From contig CAMZKV010000007.1 of NCBI GenBank assembly GCA_947311445.1, positions 1 to 57,668 on the forward strand: 57,668 nt of DNA, written 5' to 3'. A program made the position numbers and the translations under genes. This document shows positions 18,768-28,695 of this stretch, in pieces (the stretch's first letter is position 1; each line of letters opens with the position of its first letter). Origin of the DNA: an uncultured Chlorobiota bacterium. GTDB lineage: Bacteria > Bacteroidota > Bacteroidia > Bacteroidales > JAADGE01. The notes under the pieces were generated by a model, which saw nothing but the letters and a program-made list of their open reading frames with translations, did not search any database and had not been told where the DNA came from.

Positions 18768-19280
18768 TTGACTTTAAATGTCCTTTTTAAAAATATAGGA
18801 ATTTTTGCTTTTGTATTTTTTTTACAAGTGCTTTTGCTAAATAATATCCATTTTACTGAACTGGGAGTAACACCCTATTTTTATATTATTTTTATATTAT
18901 TACTTCCCTTTGATACTCCCAAATGGTCTCTTTTATTATCTGCATTTTTTTTAGGACTTTTTGTTGATATGTTTGAAGACACTGGGGGAGTTCATGCCTC
19001 AGCAACTGTTTTTGTTGCTTTTGTAAGACCTTTTTTGTTGAAAGTTTTAAGTGGTAGAGATGGATATTCACTGGAAAGTTTGCCTAGAATCTCTTGGTAC
19101 GGATTTTTATGGTTTCTGAAATTTACACTTATTTCTGTTCTAATCCATAATTTTGTGTATTTCTTAGTTTTAGAATTTAGTTTTGCAAATTTCTCAATAT
19201 TATTAGCAAAAATTTTTTTAACAAGTGTTCTTTCGGTAGTTTTAATAATTATAAGCCAATATTTAATATTTCAAAAATAA
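18768..19280 (+). CDS. mreD: Rod shape-determining protein MreD
   Basis: LQVLLLNNI, PYFYIIFILLLP, GLFVDMF..TGGVHASA; directly upstream of mrdA. Confidence 0.9.
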   Translation: MTLNVLFKNIGIFAFVFFLQVLLLNNIHFTELGVTPYFYIIFILLLPFDTPKWSLLLSAFFLGLFVDMFEDTGGVHASATVFVAFVRPFLLKVLSGRDGYSLESLPRISWYGFLWFLKFTLISVLIHNFVYFLVLEFSFANFSILLAKIFLTSVLSVVLIIISQYLIFQK

Positions 19281-21071
19281 TTGAAAACAAAGATCTTTAT
19301 AGTAAGCTCAATATTTACAATAAGTGCAGTTATTTTTATTGTAAAACTCTTTTTTTTGCAGGTTATTGATACGTCTTATAAACTTTCTGCTGAAAATAAT
19401 GCTCTTAGGCATATTACCAAATATCCCGTAAGAGGAAAAATTTTTGACCGAAATGGAAAAGTTTTAGTAAGTAATAAAGCATATTATGATTTGAAAGTTG
19501 TTCCAAGAAGTCTTTCTGAGTTTGATACAGTTGAGTTTTGTAAATTAATTAATATTTCTAAGGAAGATTTAATTAAAAAGATTAGAAGAAAAAGACATTC
19601 TTATCAAGCTATCATAATCAAAAAACAAATTGAAGATATTGAATTTGCCTATATTCAAGAACAACTTTTTAAGTTCCCAAATTTTTATATTGAAAAAAGA
19701 ACCTTAAGAGATTATAATGAATTAACAGCCGCACAACTTCTTGGATATTCGGCAGAAGTGAGTGGTGAAGATCTAAAAAGAGATGATTATTATAAACCCG
19801 GCGATTTTATTGGGAAAAGTGGTATTGAGAAAAAGTATGAAACTTATTTGAGAGGGGAAAAAGGAGAAAAGATATTTGTTGTTAATGTTCATGGAAGTGT
19901 TCAAGGGATATATAAAAATGGAAAATACGACAAAGAAGCAGTTGCAGGAAAAGATTTAATTTCAACAATTGATGTGGAATTACAAAAATATGGAGAATTA
20001 TTAATGCAAAATAAAATAGGGAGTATTGTAGTAATTGAACCTGCTACGGGGGAGATACTAGCAATGGTTTCAAGTCCGACATACAACCCTGATTTATTTG
20101 TTGGAAAAAAATTATCTAAAAATTACAGAAGAGTTGAAAAACAAAAAGGTAAACCGTTGTTTGATAGGGCATTGCGTTCTATGTATCCGCCAGGTTCAAC
20201 TTTTAAACTAGTAAATGCCTTAATTGGTTTAGAAGAAAAAGTAATAAACAAAAGAACAGTTTTTATTACAGACGGCTATGATGCCGGTACTCATATTGTA
20301 GGAGACCATATTAGTGGACTTGTTACATTTCAAAAATCAATTCAGTTTTCAAGTAACGCATACTATTGTCATGTTTTTAAAAGAATTATTTCTAATAAAA
20401 AATATCCTGATTATGCAAGTGCGTATGAAGAATGGAAAAAATATGTACAATCCTTTGGTCTTGGTATTAGTCTTAATACAGACTTAAATTTTGAGAAAAA
20501 AGGTATTTTGTATTCTTCAACATATTTTGACAGATATTATGGAAAAAGACATTGGAATTATAACACAATTATTTCTTTGGCAATAGGGCAGGGTGAACTT
20601 GGATTTACACCGCTACAATCTGCAAATATGATTTCTGCAATAGCAAATAGAGGATACTATATTACTCCTCATGTAATTAAAAAAATTGTAGGAGATACAA
20701 TAGCAAAAAAGTTTACAGAAAAACATTTTACCAAAGTAAAACCAGAGTATTTTGAACCTGTTATTGATGCAGCAGAGCTTGTTGTTTCAGCAGGAACAGG
20801 ATTTTCTGCATATTTGCCAGGATTAGATATTTGCGGCAAAACCGGAACTGCTCAAAATCCACATGGAATTGATCATTCAATTTTTGTTGCTTTTGCTCCT
20901 AAAAAGAATCCTAAAATTGCTATTTCTGTTTATGTTGAAAATGCAGGGTATGGTTCTACATGGGCAGCACCAATTACAGGGCTAATGATTGAGAAGTATT
21001 TGACAAATAAAATAACTAAAACTTGGCAAGAAAAGAGAATAATTAAAGCAGATTTTATTAATAAGAAATAA
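19281..21071 (+). CDS. mrdA: Penicillin-binding protein 2
   Basis: PVRGKIFDRNG, YPPGSTFK (SxxK), SSN, GKTGTAQ; TTG start. Confidence 0.96.
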   Translation: MKTKIFIVSSIFTISAVIFIVKLFFLQVIDTSYKLSAENNALRHITKYPVRGKIFDRNGKVLVSNKAYYDLKVVPRSLSEFDTVEFCKLINISKEDLIKKIRRKRHSYQAIIIKKQIEDIEFAYIQEQLFKFPNFYIEKRTLRDYNELTAAQLLGYSAEVSGEDLKRDDYYKPGDFIGKSGIEKKYETYLRGEKGEKIFVVNVHGSVQGIYKNGKYDKEAVAGKDLISTIDVELQKYGELLMQNKIGSIVVIEPATGEILAMVSSPTYNPDLFVGKKLSKNYRRVEKQKGKPLFDRALRSMYPPGSTFKLVNALIGLEEKVINKRTVFITDGYDAGTHIVGDHISGLVTFQKSIQFSSNAYYCHVFKRIISNKKYPDYASAYEEWKKYVQSFGLGISLNTDLNFEKKGILYSSTYFDRYYGKRHWNYNTIISLAIGQGELGFTPLQSANMISAIANRGYYITPHVIKKIVGDTIAKKFTEKHFTKVKPEYFEPVIDAAELVVSAGTGFSAYLPGLDICGKTGTAQNPHGIDHSIFVAFAPKKNPKIAISVYVENAGYGSTWAAPITGLMIEKYLTNKITKTWQEKRIIKADFINKK

Positions 21072-21092
21072 AAGAAATTGTTAACTTAAAAT

Positions 21093-22508
21093 ATGTCAGA
21101 CAAAATATCAAAAAATAAAATTGATTTAATAAGTATAGGAATTTATCTGTTACTTGTTGTTTTGGGGTGGATGAATATCTATTCTTCGGCTTATGATGGC
21201 TCATCTTTTGAATTTGGTTCTAGATATGGTAAACAAATGATAATGATTGCGATGACTTTTGTTATTCTTCTAATTTTGTTGTTTGTGGATGTGAATATTA
21301 TTTTTTCTGCATCTTATTTTGTTTATGGGTTTGTTTTACTTGCACTCATTGCAGTTTTGTTTTTAGGCGATAAAACTGGTGGTTCAAGATCTTGGTTTGA
21401 AATTGGAAGTTTTAAACTTCAACCGGCTGAGTTTGCAAAATTAGCAACTGCACTTGCATTGTCGCGATTTCTTGGAAAAGAAAATTCTAATTTTACGTTT
21501 GATATTAAAAGTTTTGTTTCTGTTTTAGGGATAGTTTTTTTTCCTGCTTTTTTGATTCTTCTTCAAGGTGATCTTGGTTCTGCAATGGTTTTTTCATCTT
21601 TTATTTTTGTTTTGTACAGACAAGGTCTCTCTTTTTATTGGTTTCCAATAATTCTAATTGGAATTTTAGTTTTTGTATCCTTTTTCTTTATTAATATCTC
21701 ATTAATTTTTATTTCTCTAATTATTATAGGGCTAATATCATACAGATATATTACAGGAAATTTAAAGGATACAATTTTTGGAGCCGCCCTTCTTGTTATA
21801 ATGATATTGATAGGCTTAGCAATAATTATTTTTTTTAGAGCTAATATAAAAGTAAATATTATTATTACAGTTTCAGTTTTTATTGTTTCTTTAATTGTTG
21901 TCGTAAAATCTTTTAAAGAAATGATTTTAAAATCATTAATTGTACCTGTTTTATTGTTATTTTATATAGGATCTTTATACTCTACCGGTTATATTTTTGA
22001 AAATATTTTAAAAAGTCATCATAGAGCAAGAATAAATGTTTTGTTTGGTTTAGAAAAAGATTTAACAGATATTGGATATAATGTTCATCAATCTAAAATA
22101 GCAATTGGGTCAGGAGGGTTATCAGGAAAAGGATATTTTAAAGGTACTCAAACTAAATATGATTTTGTTCCTGAACAAGATACCGATTTTATTTTTTGCA
22201 CTGTAGGAGAAGAGTGGGGTTTTGTAGGAACAGCATTTGTAATAACTATTTTTACTGTTTTATTGCTTCGTATTTTGTTCCTTGCAGAAAGGCAAAGATC
22301 TGTGTATAGTAGGGTTTTTGGATATTCTCTTGCAGGTGTATTGTTTTTTCATTATTCCGTTAATATTGCAATGACTATTGGGCTGTTTCCAGTTATTGGT
22401 ATTCCTTTACCTTTTTTTAGCTATGGAGGGTCTTCCTTGTTTGCATTTTCCGTATTGCTTTTTGTTTTTTTAAAACTTGATACTCAGCATAATACATTAT
22501 ATATATAA
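21093..22508 (+). CDS. rodA: SEDS peptidoglycan polymerase RodA
   Basis: LQPAEFAK, GYNVHQSKIAIGSGG, VPEQDTDFIF, GIPLPFFSYGGSS. Confidence 0.96.
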   Translation: MSDKISKNKIDLISIGIYLLLVVLGWMNIYSSAYDGSSFEFGSRYGKQMIMIAMTFVILLILLFVDVNIIFSASYFVYGFVLLALIAVLFLGDKTGGSRSWFEIGSFKLQPAEFAKLATALALSRFLGKENSNFTFDIKSFVSVLGIVFFPAFLILLQGDLGSAMVFSSFIFVLYRQGLSFYWFPIILIGILVFVSFFFINISLIFISLIIIGLISYRYITGNLKDTIFGAALLVIMILIGLAIIIFFRANIKVNIIITVSVFIVSLIVVVKSFKEMILKSLIVPVLLLFYIGSLYSTGYIFENILKSHHRARINVLFGLEKDLTDIGYNVHQSKIAIGSGGLSGKGYFKGTQTKYDFVPEQDTDFIFCTVGEEWGFVGTAFVITIFTVLLLRILFLAERQRSVYSRVFGYSLAGVLFFHYSVNIAMTIGLFPVIGIPLPFFSYGGSSLFAFSVLLFVFLKLDTQHNTLYI

Positions 22509-22576
22509 AAAGGAAAAAAATGTCATTTAAACATACTTTTCCCTCTTTAATTTTAGTCTATAATTGAAGAGTATTT

Positions 22577-22957
22577 TTATTCTTCCATTTCAATCATATT
22601 GAACGGTATTTTTAAAATAGATTGATAATCTTCTCCTGCTTCGAGCATATCTTCGTCATCTTCTTCATAATGCCAATTTATTATAACATTTTCATTCTCT
22701 TTGTGAATTGTTTCTAGTTTTTTGAAAACATCAAGAATACATTTAGAAGAACTTGTGTTAAAATATTCAAGTTTTATATTTACTTCTGTTTTTTCTTTTG
22801 GGTTTTTTCCGTATTCTTCTAGCCAATCAACCAAAGGTTTGTAAAATTCTATTGAATTCTCGGGTATTGATTTTCCTTCAATTTGAATAACTCCTGTTTC
22901 TGCATTAAAAATAATGTCTGGTGTTTTACGTGTTTTTTCAATTTTTATAGACTCCAT
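22577..22957 (-). CDS. SiaC-family (DUF1987) regulatory phosphoprotein
   Basis: TRKTP, GKSIPENSIEFYKP, LEYFNTSSSK, WHYEEDDEDMLEAGEDY. Confidence 0.92.
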   Translation of the reverse strand: MESIKIEKTRKTPDIIFNAETGVIQIEGKSIPENSIEFYKPLVDWLEEYGKNPKEKTEVNIKLEYFNTSSSKCILDVFKKLETIHKENENVIINWHYEEDDEDMLEAGEDYQSILKIPFNMIEMEE

Positions 22958-23005
22958 AGTTGTGTATATTGTTTTTCTTATTTTACAAATTTAAAAATGT
23001 TAATC

Positions 23006-23557
23006 TTAAATTGCAATTCTTAAGCTAAAAAAAATGTAATCTTTATTAAAATAATAAAAATCATAGCCAATATTATTGCCTGTTCGCTTAATTAAATCTA
23101 TTATTCCAAGACCTCCGCCTCCTTTGTTAGAAAATTCTTCGTTATTTAAAATTAAACGATACAACGATTTAACTTCTTCTTTAGACAAAAAATTTAATTG
23201 GTCAATTCGTTCTTTTAATAATCTTGTATTTGTTTTTCTAATAAAATTTCCTGTAATAATTAGATATTTTTCATCTTTCAAATGCTCTAAAAGAAAAGCG
23301 ATATTATTTTTTGGTATTTCTGAATTAAAATGCTTGTCTTTTGATATGTCTGCATGATGATATAAATTTTGCAAAGTTTCAATAGCAACATTATATATCT
23401 TTTTTATTATCCTTCTTTTCTCTTCCTTTTTTGACAAAACATCATCAATATTGTCTAATATTTGGTTGACTTCTTTCTCAGAAATCTTTCCCATATAAGA
23501 TAATAGTGTATTTTCGTTTTTGTTTTTGTTATACCACTTTTCAAGTTCAAAAGCCAT
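23006..23557 (-). CDS. SiaB-family (DUF6272) GHKL-type Ser/Thr protein kinase
   Basis: IETLQNLYHH (ExxQN), TGNFI, KGGGGLGIIDL; directly upstream of a SiaC gene. Confidence 0.85.
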   Translation of the reverse strand: MAFELEKWYNKNKNENTLLSYMGKISEKEVNQILDNIDDVLSKKEEKRRIIKKIYNVAIETLQNLYHHADISKDKHFNSEIPKNNIAFLLEHLKDEKYLIITGNFIRKTNTRLLKERIDQLNFLSKEEVKSLYRLILNNEEFSNKGGGGLGIIDLIKRTGNNIGYDFYYFNKDYIFFSLRIAI

Positions 23558-23622
23558 AAAAGAAGGTGTTTTCTTAAAGATTTTTCAAATATATAAAAAA
23601 AAAGATAATTATTAAATATTTT

Positions 23623-24501
23623 TTATTTCAAAATAAATTGTTTTTCTCCAATTGGGTTTCCATCCATGAAAATATCCACATCATATTTTCCTTCTGATTG
23701 TTCAGCATTTGCTGTCCAGAAAACGCAAACATTTGTTTTGTTTCCTTCGTATGTTAATTCTCTTTTTGATGAGTAAGCAATTTCTTTATTTTTGTATTTA
23801 AACATTCCGGATTCATCACTCATTAATATTATACCATCAGGTGCTGCAATTCTAATATATGCGTATCTTGTTCCTTTTTTTGCTAATACATTATCGTCTA
23901 TTGTAAAACAGATTTTAACTTTCTTTAATTTTTTTGCTTTGCTGGTTTTCTTATCTCTTTTGTTTAGTATTAAAATAGAAATATTCTCTGCTTTTAAAAC
24001 TTTTGCAATTTTAATTTGATTAGATAGGCTGTCTTTTACAATGTTTAATAAATCTGTTTTTGCAATCACACTGTCATAATTTTGTTTTATTTCTATATTT
24101 TCAGAATGTAATTTTTTGTTCTCAATGTTTAATTTATCAATTTGTTTCACAAAATCTTTCATTATAGATTTCAAAGTTTCAGTTTCGTCTTTAAGTTGCT
24201 TTATTTTTGCATAATTTGTTTTTTTAACTCCCCTTAGTTGTCTTAATGCTTCGCTAATTTTCTCTTTTTCAATTTCTAACTTTTGGTTTAGTTCTTTATT
24301 GTCGGTTTTTAGTCCATCGTATTGAACTTGCATTGCCACAAGTTCCTCTTCGATAAGAGCCTTTTCACTTTTTACCTGAACTAGCTCTGTGCTTGTTTCT
24401 TTAATAATTTCTTCTTGTTGAAATTTATCCCATACCAACCAGCCAATTACTATTGCTTCTAGAATTACTATGAATAATGTTACTTTTGAAATTGTGTTCA
24501 T
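23623..24501 (-). CDS. Membrane-anchored coiled-coil protein with C-terminal beta-rich domain, function unknown
   Basis: N-terminal TM helix, about 130 aa coiled coil, C-terminal KICFTI...YIRI..PDG...GKYDVDIF. Confidence 0.75.
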   Translation of the reverse strand: MNTISKVTLFIVILEAIVIGWLVWDKFQQEEIIKETSTELVQVKSEKALIEEELVAMQVQYDGLKTDNKELNQKLEIEKEKISEALRQLRGVKKTNYAKIKQLKDETETLKSIMKDFVKQIDKLNIENKKLHSENIEIKQNYDSVIAKTDLLNIVKDSLSNQIKIAKVLKAENISILILNKRDKKTSKAKKLKKVKICFTIDDNVLAKKGTRYAYIRIAAPDGIILMSDESGMFKYKNKEIAYSSKRELTYEGNKTNVCVFWTANAEQSEGKYDVDIFMDGNPIGEKQFILK

Positions 24502-24591
24502 ATTTACGTTTTTTGGGTTTTTTTATGTCAATTATTGCTGTTTTTTATTTACCGCATTTTTTTAAGTAATAATAAAATATATGTTAAATTA

Positions 24592-25305
24592 TTATTTTAA
24601 CTCATTAAGATACATTTGTATTGTGTTATGTAAACCAAAATATAATGCATCTGAAATAAGAGCATGACCAATTGAAACTTCTTTTAAATTTTGAATATTT
24701 TTATTGAAATATTTTAAGTTGTCAAGATCCAAATCATGTCCTGCATTTATTTCTAATCCTATTTTAGAAGCTAGCTTTGCTGCTTTTGAAAAAGGTAGAA
24801 TGGCATTTTCTTTATTCTTAAAGAAATTTTCAGCATATGGTTCAGTATATAATTCAATTCTATCTGTTCCAATATCTTTTGCATTTTCAATTAGATTAAT
24901 ATTAGTTTCAATAAAAATTGATGTTCTTATACTAGCATTTTTAAATTCAGAAATAATTTCTTTTAAAAAACTCTTGTTATTAATGGTGTCCCAACCTGCA
25001 TTTGAAGTTAAAACGTCCGGAGAATCAGGAACCAAGGTAACTTGTTCTGGTTTAATTTCTAAAACCAAGTCAATAAATCGTTTATTTGGATAGCCTTCAA
25101 TATTAAATTCAGTTTTTACAACTTCTTTTAATTTATATACATCATCATATCTTATGTGTCTTTCATCTGGTCTTGGATGTACTGTAATTCCTTGTGCTCC
25201 AAACTTTTCGCAATCTATTGCAGCTTTTATTAAATCAGGATTATTCCCTCCCCTTGCATTTCTAATTGTTGCAATTTTATTAATATTTACACTTAATCGT
25301 GTCAT
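24592..25305 (-). CDS. pdxJ: Pyridoxine 5'-phosphate synthase
   Basis: [47 protein letters not shown]. Confidence 0.98.
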   Translation of the reverse strand: MTRLSVNINKIATIRNARGGNNPDLIKAAIDCEKFGAQGITVHPRPDERHIRYDDVYKLKEVVKTEFNIEGYPNKRFIDLVLEIKPEQVTLVPDSPDVLTSNAGWDTINNKSFLKEIISEFKNASIRTSIFIETNINLIENAKDIGTDRIELYTEPYAENFFKNKENAILPFSKAAKLASKIGLEINAGHDLDLDNLKYFNKNIQNLKEVSIGHALISDALYFGLHNTIQMYLNELK

Positions 25306-25478
25306 TTTGTTTTGTTCAGAAATAATTTAATAATAATTTTGATGTTTATATAAAATACAAAAGTACTATTTTTTTAATTTAAATATAAAAGTACTTACAT
25401 GAATTTTCAATATGCAATTATATTTACTATTTGGAATAGTAAGATTTAGTATTTTGATAGTTTATAAAATAATTAAAA

Positions 25479-26147
25479 ATGCAAGCAAAAAACTTAATAT
25501 CTGATATATTTCCTTCAATATACATTAACGAAACCGGCAAACAAGCTATTTCTAAAATGGATATTTTTAAAGTTTCTCACATACCTTTGATTAATAATGG
25601 AAATGAATATTTTGGACTTCTATCTGAAAATGAAATTTTTGATTTTGATTTAATGGAGAAATCATTTGAAACTTATAAAAAAGTTTTGATTAGACCATTT
25701 GTATATGAAAATCAGCATGCTTTTGATATTATAAAAATTCTTTCTAAACTAAACGTGTCGGTTGTTCCTGTTTTAAACAGAAACGAAAAGTATGTTGGTG
25801 CAGTTTGCATACATGATATTATTAACTATATCGGAAGAATTACTTCTTCAGAAAATACAGGTACTGTTTTTGTTCTTAAAATGAGTATTCAAGATTATTC
25901 TCTTTCTCAAATTTCTCAAATAATTGAAGGTAATAATGCAAAAATTTTAAATTTATATACTACAACTTATAAAGACTCTACAAGACTTGATGTTACAATA
26001 AAAATTAATTTGAATGATTTTTCTGCAATTGAGCAAACATTTGAAAGGTATAATTATAAAATTACTTATTCAAATTCCGGTAGTACTGAGCTTGACGAGC
26101 TCCTTGAAGAAAGATATGAAGAGTTTATGAATTATTTGAATGTATAA
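25479..26147 (+). CDS. CBS-pair protein with C-terminal ACT-like domain
   Basis: Two CBS-like repeats (SHIPLI..GLLS; VVPVL..YVG), DYSLSQISQIIE, C-terminal MNYLNV. Confidence 0.85.
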   Translation: MQAKNLISDIFPSIYINETGKQAISKMDIFKVSHIPLINNGNEYFGLLSENEIFDFDLMEKSFETYKKVLIRPFVYENQHAFDIIKILSKLNVSVVPVLNRNEKYVGAVCIHDIINYIGRITSSENTGTVFVLKMSIQDYSLSQISQIIEGNNAKILNLYTTTYKDSTRLDVTIKINLNDFSAIEQTFERYNYKITYSNSGSTELDELLEERYEEFMNYLNV

Positions 26148-26149
26148 AA

Positions 26150-27787
26150 ATGCCTAAAATATCTTCTATATATATATATATACTTATTACCCTAATTGCC
26201 TCATTGTTCTTTATCCCTTTTTTAGGAAATGTGCATCTTTTTGATTGGGATGAAATAAATTTTGCAGAATCTGCAAGAGAAATGATTGTAAGCGGAGATT
26301 ATTTGAATGTTCAAATTAATTATGAGTTTTTCTGGGAAAAACCTCCTCTTTTTATTTGGATGCAAGTAGTTTCAATGAAAATTTTTGGAGTAAATGAATT
26401 TGCAGCTCGTTTTCCTAATGCTTTAGCCGGAATAATTACTTTGTTGCTTCTTTTTAATATTGGGAAAAAGTATTTTGATGATAAGTTTGGAATTATATGG
26501 GTTTTTGCATATGTTGGTTCTGTACTTTCTCATTTTTATTTCAAATCAGGTATTATTGACCCTTGGTTCAATTTATTTATTTTTCTTGGAATATATTTCT
26601 TTATGAAATATATCTCGGATGATATAGCAAGAAGAAAGTTTGTTGTTTTGTCTGCTGTTTTTATTGGTCTTGCAACTTTAACAAAAGGACCGGTTGCCCT
26701 GCTTATTTTTTTGCTGACAGAATTTGTGTTTCTTATTTCAAAAAGGTTTAAAATTCGTTTGAAATTTGTGGATATTTTAATATTTTCATTAGTTTTTATT
26801 TTTATTGGAGGTTTTTGGTTTATTCTTCAGATTTTAAGTGGAAATTATACAATACTTTATGATTTTGTTATTTATCAAATTCGCCTTTTTGAAACCAAAG
26901 ATGCAGGACATGGTGGTTTTCCTGCATACCATTTTGTAATATTATTTTTTGGGGTTTTTCCTGCATCAATTTTTGCATTAAAATCGTTCTTTAACGATAA
27001 ATCGGAACAAGTTAAACAGAAAGTTTTTAAAAAAACTATGATGATTTTGTTTTGGGTAGTTTTAATTTTGTTTAGTATTGTGAAAACAAAAATTGTTCAT
27101 TATTCTTCTCTTGCATATTTCCCACTAACTTTTTTAGCAGCATATTCTATATATAAAACAGAAATAAAAGATTTTAAACAATCTAAAATTATTTCTGCAA
27201 TATTAATTTTTGTAGCAATTATTTTTGGTTTTGCTATTGCAATTATACAATATATTGGTCAAAATCATTTAAAAATAATATCATCGGGAATTATTAATGA
27301 TGAGTTTACAAACGGCAATTTACAGGCAACAACTTCATGGACAGGATTTGAGTTTTTGTTGGGAGTATTTTTAATCTCAGGGATTGTTTTTGCTTTAATT
27401 TATTTCAAAAATAGATATTTTATTAAAGTTATTTTAATATTCTCTATTGTTGCGGTTTTTACAAATTTAGCAATTTTAATTATAGTTCCAGAAGTTGAGA
27501 AAATATCTCAAAAATCTGTTATTGAGTTTTATGAAGAACACCAAAATGAAGATGCGTATTTTATAACTTACGGAATGAAATCGTATGCCCAATATTTCTA
27601 TACAAAGAGTAAACTACCAAAGAAAACTGATATTAAAGATGAAGAATTACTTTTAAATGGAAAAATAAACAAGACTGTTTATGTAACTTGTAGAAATAAT
27701 AAAGATGAATATTTTGCAGAGTCTTATCCGAAGTTTAAAAAAATGTACGAAAAAAACGGTTATGTTTTTTGGAAAAGAAGCCCCTAA
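26150..27787 (+). CDS. ArnT/PMT-family (GT-C) membrane glycosyltransferase
   Basis: LFDWDEINFAESAREM, EKPPLF, EFAARFP, LTKGPV; many TM helices. Confidence 0.9.
   Translation: MPKISSIYIYILITLIASLFFIPFLGNVHLFDWDEINFAESAREMIVSGDYLNVQINYEFFWEKPPLFIWMQVVSMKIFGVNEFAARFPNALAGIITLLLLFNIGKKYFDDKFGIIWVFAYVGSVLSHFYFKSGIIDPWFNLFIFLGIYFFMKYISDDIARRKFVVLSAVFIGLATLTKGPVALLIFLLTEFVFLISKRFKIRLKFVDILIFSLVFIFIGGFWFILQILSGNYTILYDFVIYQIRLFETKDAGHGGFPAYHFVILFFGVFPASIFALKSFFNDKSEQVKQKVFKKTMMILFWVVLILFSIVKTKIVHYSSLAYFPLTFLAAYSIYKTEIKDFKQSKIISAILIFVAIIFGFAIAIIQYIGQNHLKIISSGIINDEFTNGNLQATTSWTGFEFLLGVFLISGIVFALIYFKNRYFIKVILIFSIVAVFTNLAILIIVPEVEKISQKSVIEFYEEHQNEDAYFITYGMKSYAQYFYTKSKLPKKTDIKDEELLLNGKINKTVYVTCRNNKDEYFAESYPKFKKMYEKNGYVFWKRSP
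26167..26182 (+). repeat. (TA)8 microsatellite in the first codons of the ArnT-like gene
   Basis: tatatatatatatata, 16 nt, read directly. Confidence 0.9.
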
Positions 27788-27818
27788 GTTGAAAGTTTAA
27801 AATTAAAAGTGTAATAGA

Positions 27819-28685
27819 TTAATTGTTTTTCAAATATTTGTTTTCTAAATCATAGACTATTTTTTTTACTTCTGCTGCCCATTCTAAATGTGTTTTAGAA
27901 TCATCAAAAGTTGAATATGGAATAGGTTTTCCGTAAACAATTGGGATTGTTGCATTACGTTTCTTAAAAACTTCGCCGGGGAGCAAAAAGAATTCTAAAT
28001 TAGCCTTAATGCCTAAAAAAGTTCTAATTTTTGCCAATCTATAAAATTTTTTGGAATTTCTCCCACCAACAAATATAGGAATAATATCTTTTTTGTGTTC
28101 AATTGCATTTCTGATAAAACTTCTATGCCAAAACCCGTCGTCTAATTTGTTTTTTACCATTCGTGCAACTTTACCTGCTGGAAAAATAAGTATGTGTGAA
28201 CCTTCTTTTTCAAGATGTTCTTCAATTGCATCTTTTTTATGCTTCTCGTTTTTTTCAATAACACTAACAGGCAAGAAAATTTCTTTTACATTTTCTATAT
28301 GCAAAAACATTTCATTGGCAATTAATTTTATGTTCTTAAATTTTTCTTGAATTTTAGAGTACACAACTCCAAAGTCAATTCCTCCCATTGAATGGTTGCT
28401 TGCAAAAATAAAACTTCCTTTTTCAGGAAGAAAATCTTCATTAAAAGCTATAATTTTCACATTCAAATGTCTTAAAACTCCATTTACAAAATCTGCTCCG
28501 TATAGATTTTTATTTTTTTTAAGGATAATATTCGTCTCTGTTTGATGAAAAGATTTTTTTAAAAAGCGAATTATAAACTTTGGAAAATTTCTAACAGTCT
28601 TATTCTTTTGATTTCGAATAATTTTTTCAATATCTAATTGTTGAGCCTCTTTTTTTATGTTGTTTTTATTTAAAATATCTTTCAT
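27819..28685 (-). CDS. PlsC-superfamily acyltransferase, resembles lyso-glycine/ornithine lipid O-acyltransferase (GlsA-like)
   Basis: SNHSMGGID (Hx4D), LIFPAG.V, D..W..SFI, NSKKFY, LPGE. Confidence 0.8.
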   Translation of the reverse strand: MKDILNKNNIKKEAQQLDIEKIIRNQKNKTVRNFPKFIIRFLKKSFHQTETNIILKKNKNLYGADFVNGVLRHLNVKIIAFNEDFLPEKGSFIFASNHSMGGIDFGVVYSKIQEKFKNIKLIANEMFLHIENVKEIFLPVSVIEKNEKHKKDAIEEHLEKEGSHILIFPAGKVARMVKNKLDDGFWHRSFIRNAIEHKKDIIPIFVGGRNSKKFYRLAKIRTFLGIKANLEFFLLPGEVFKKRNATIPIVYGKPIPYSTFDDSKTHLEWAAEVKKIVYDLENKYLKNN

Positions 28686-28695
28686 TTTAATTTTT

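Noticed and set aside
19278-19283. mreD stop directly abutting the in-frame mrdA TTG as a readthrough fusion
   Set aside because: Both proteins are of normal length; ordinary translational coupling explains it
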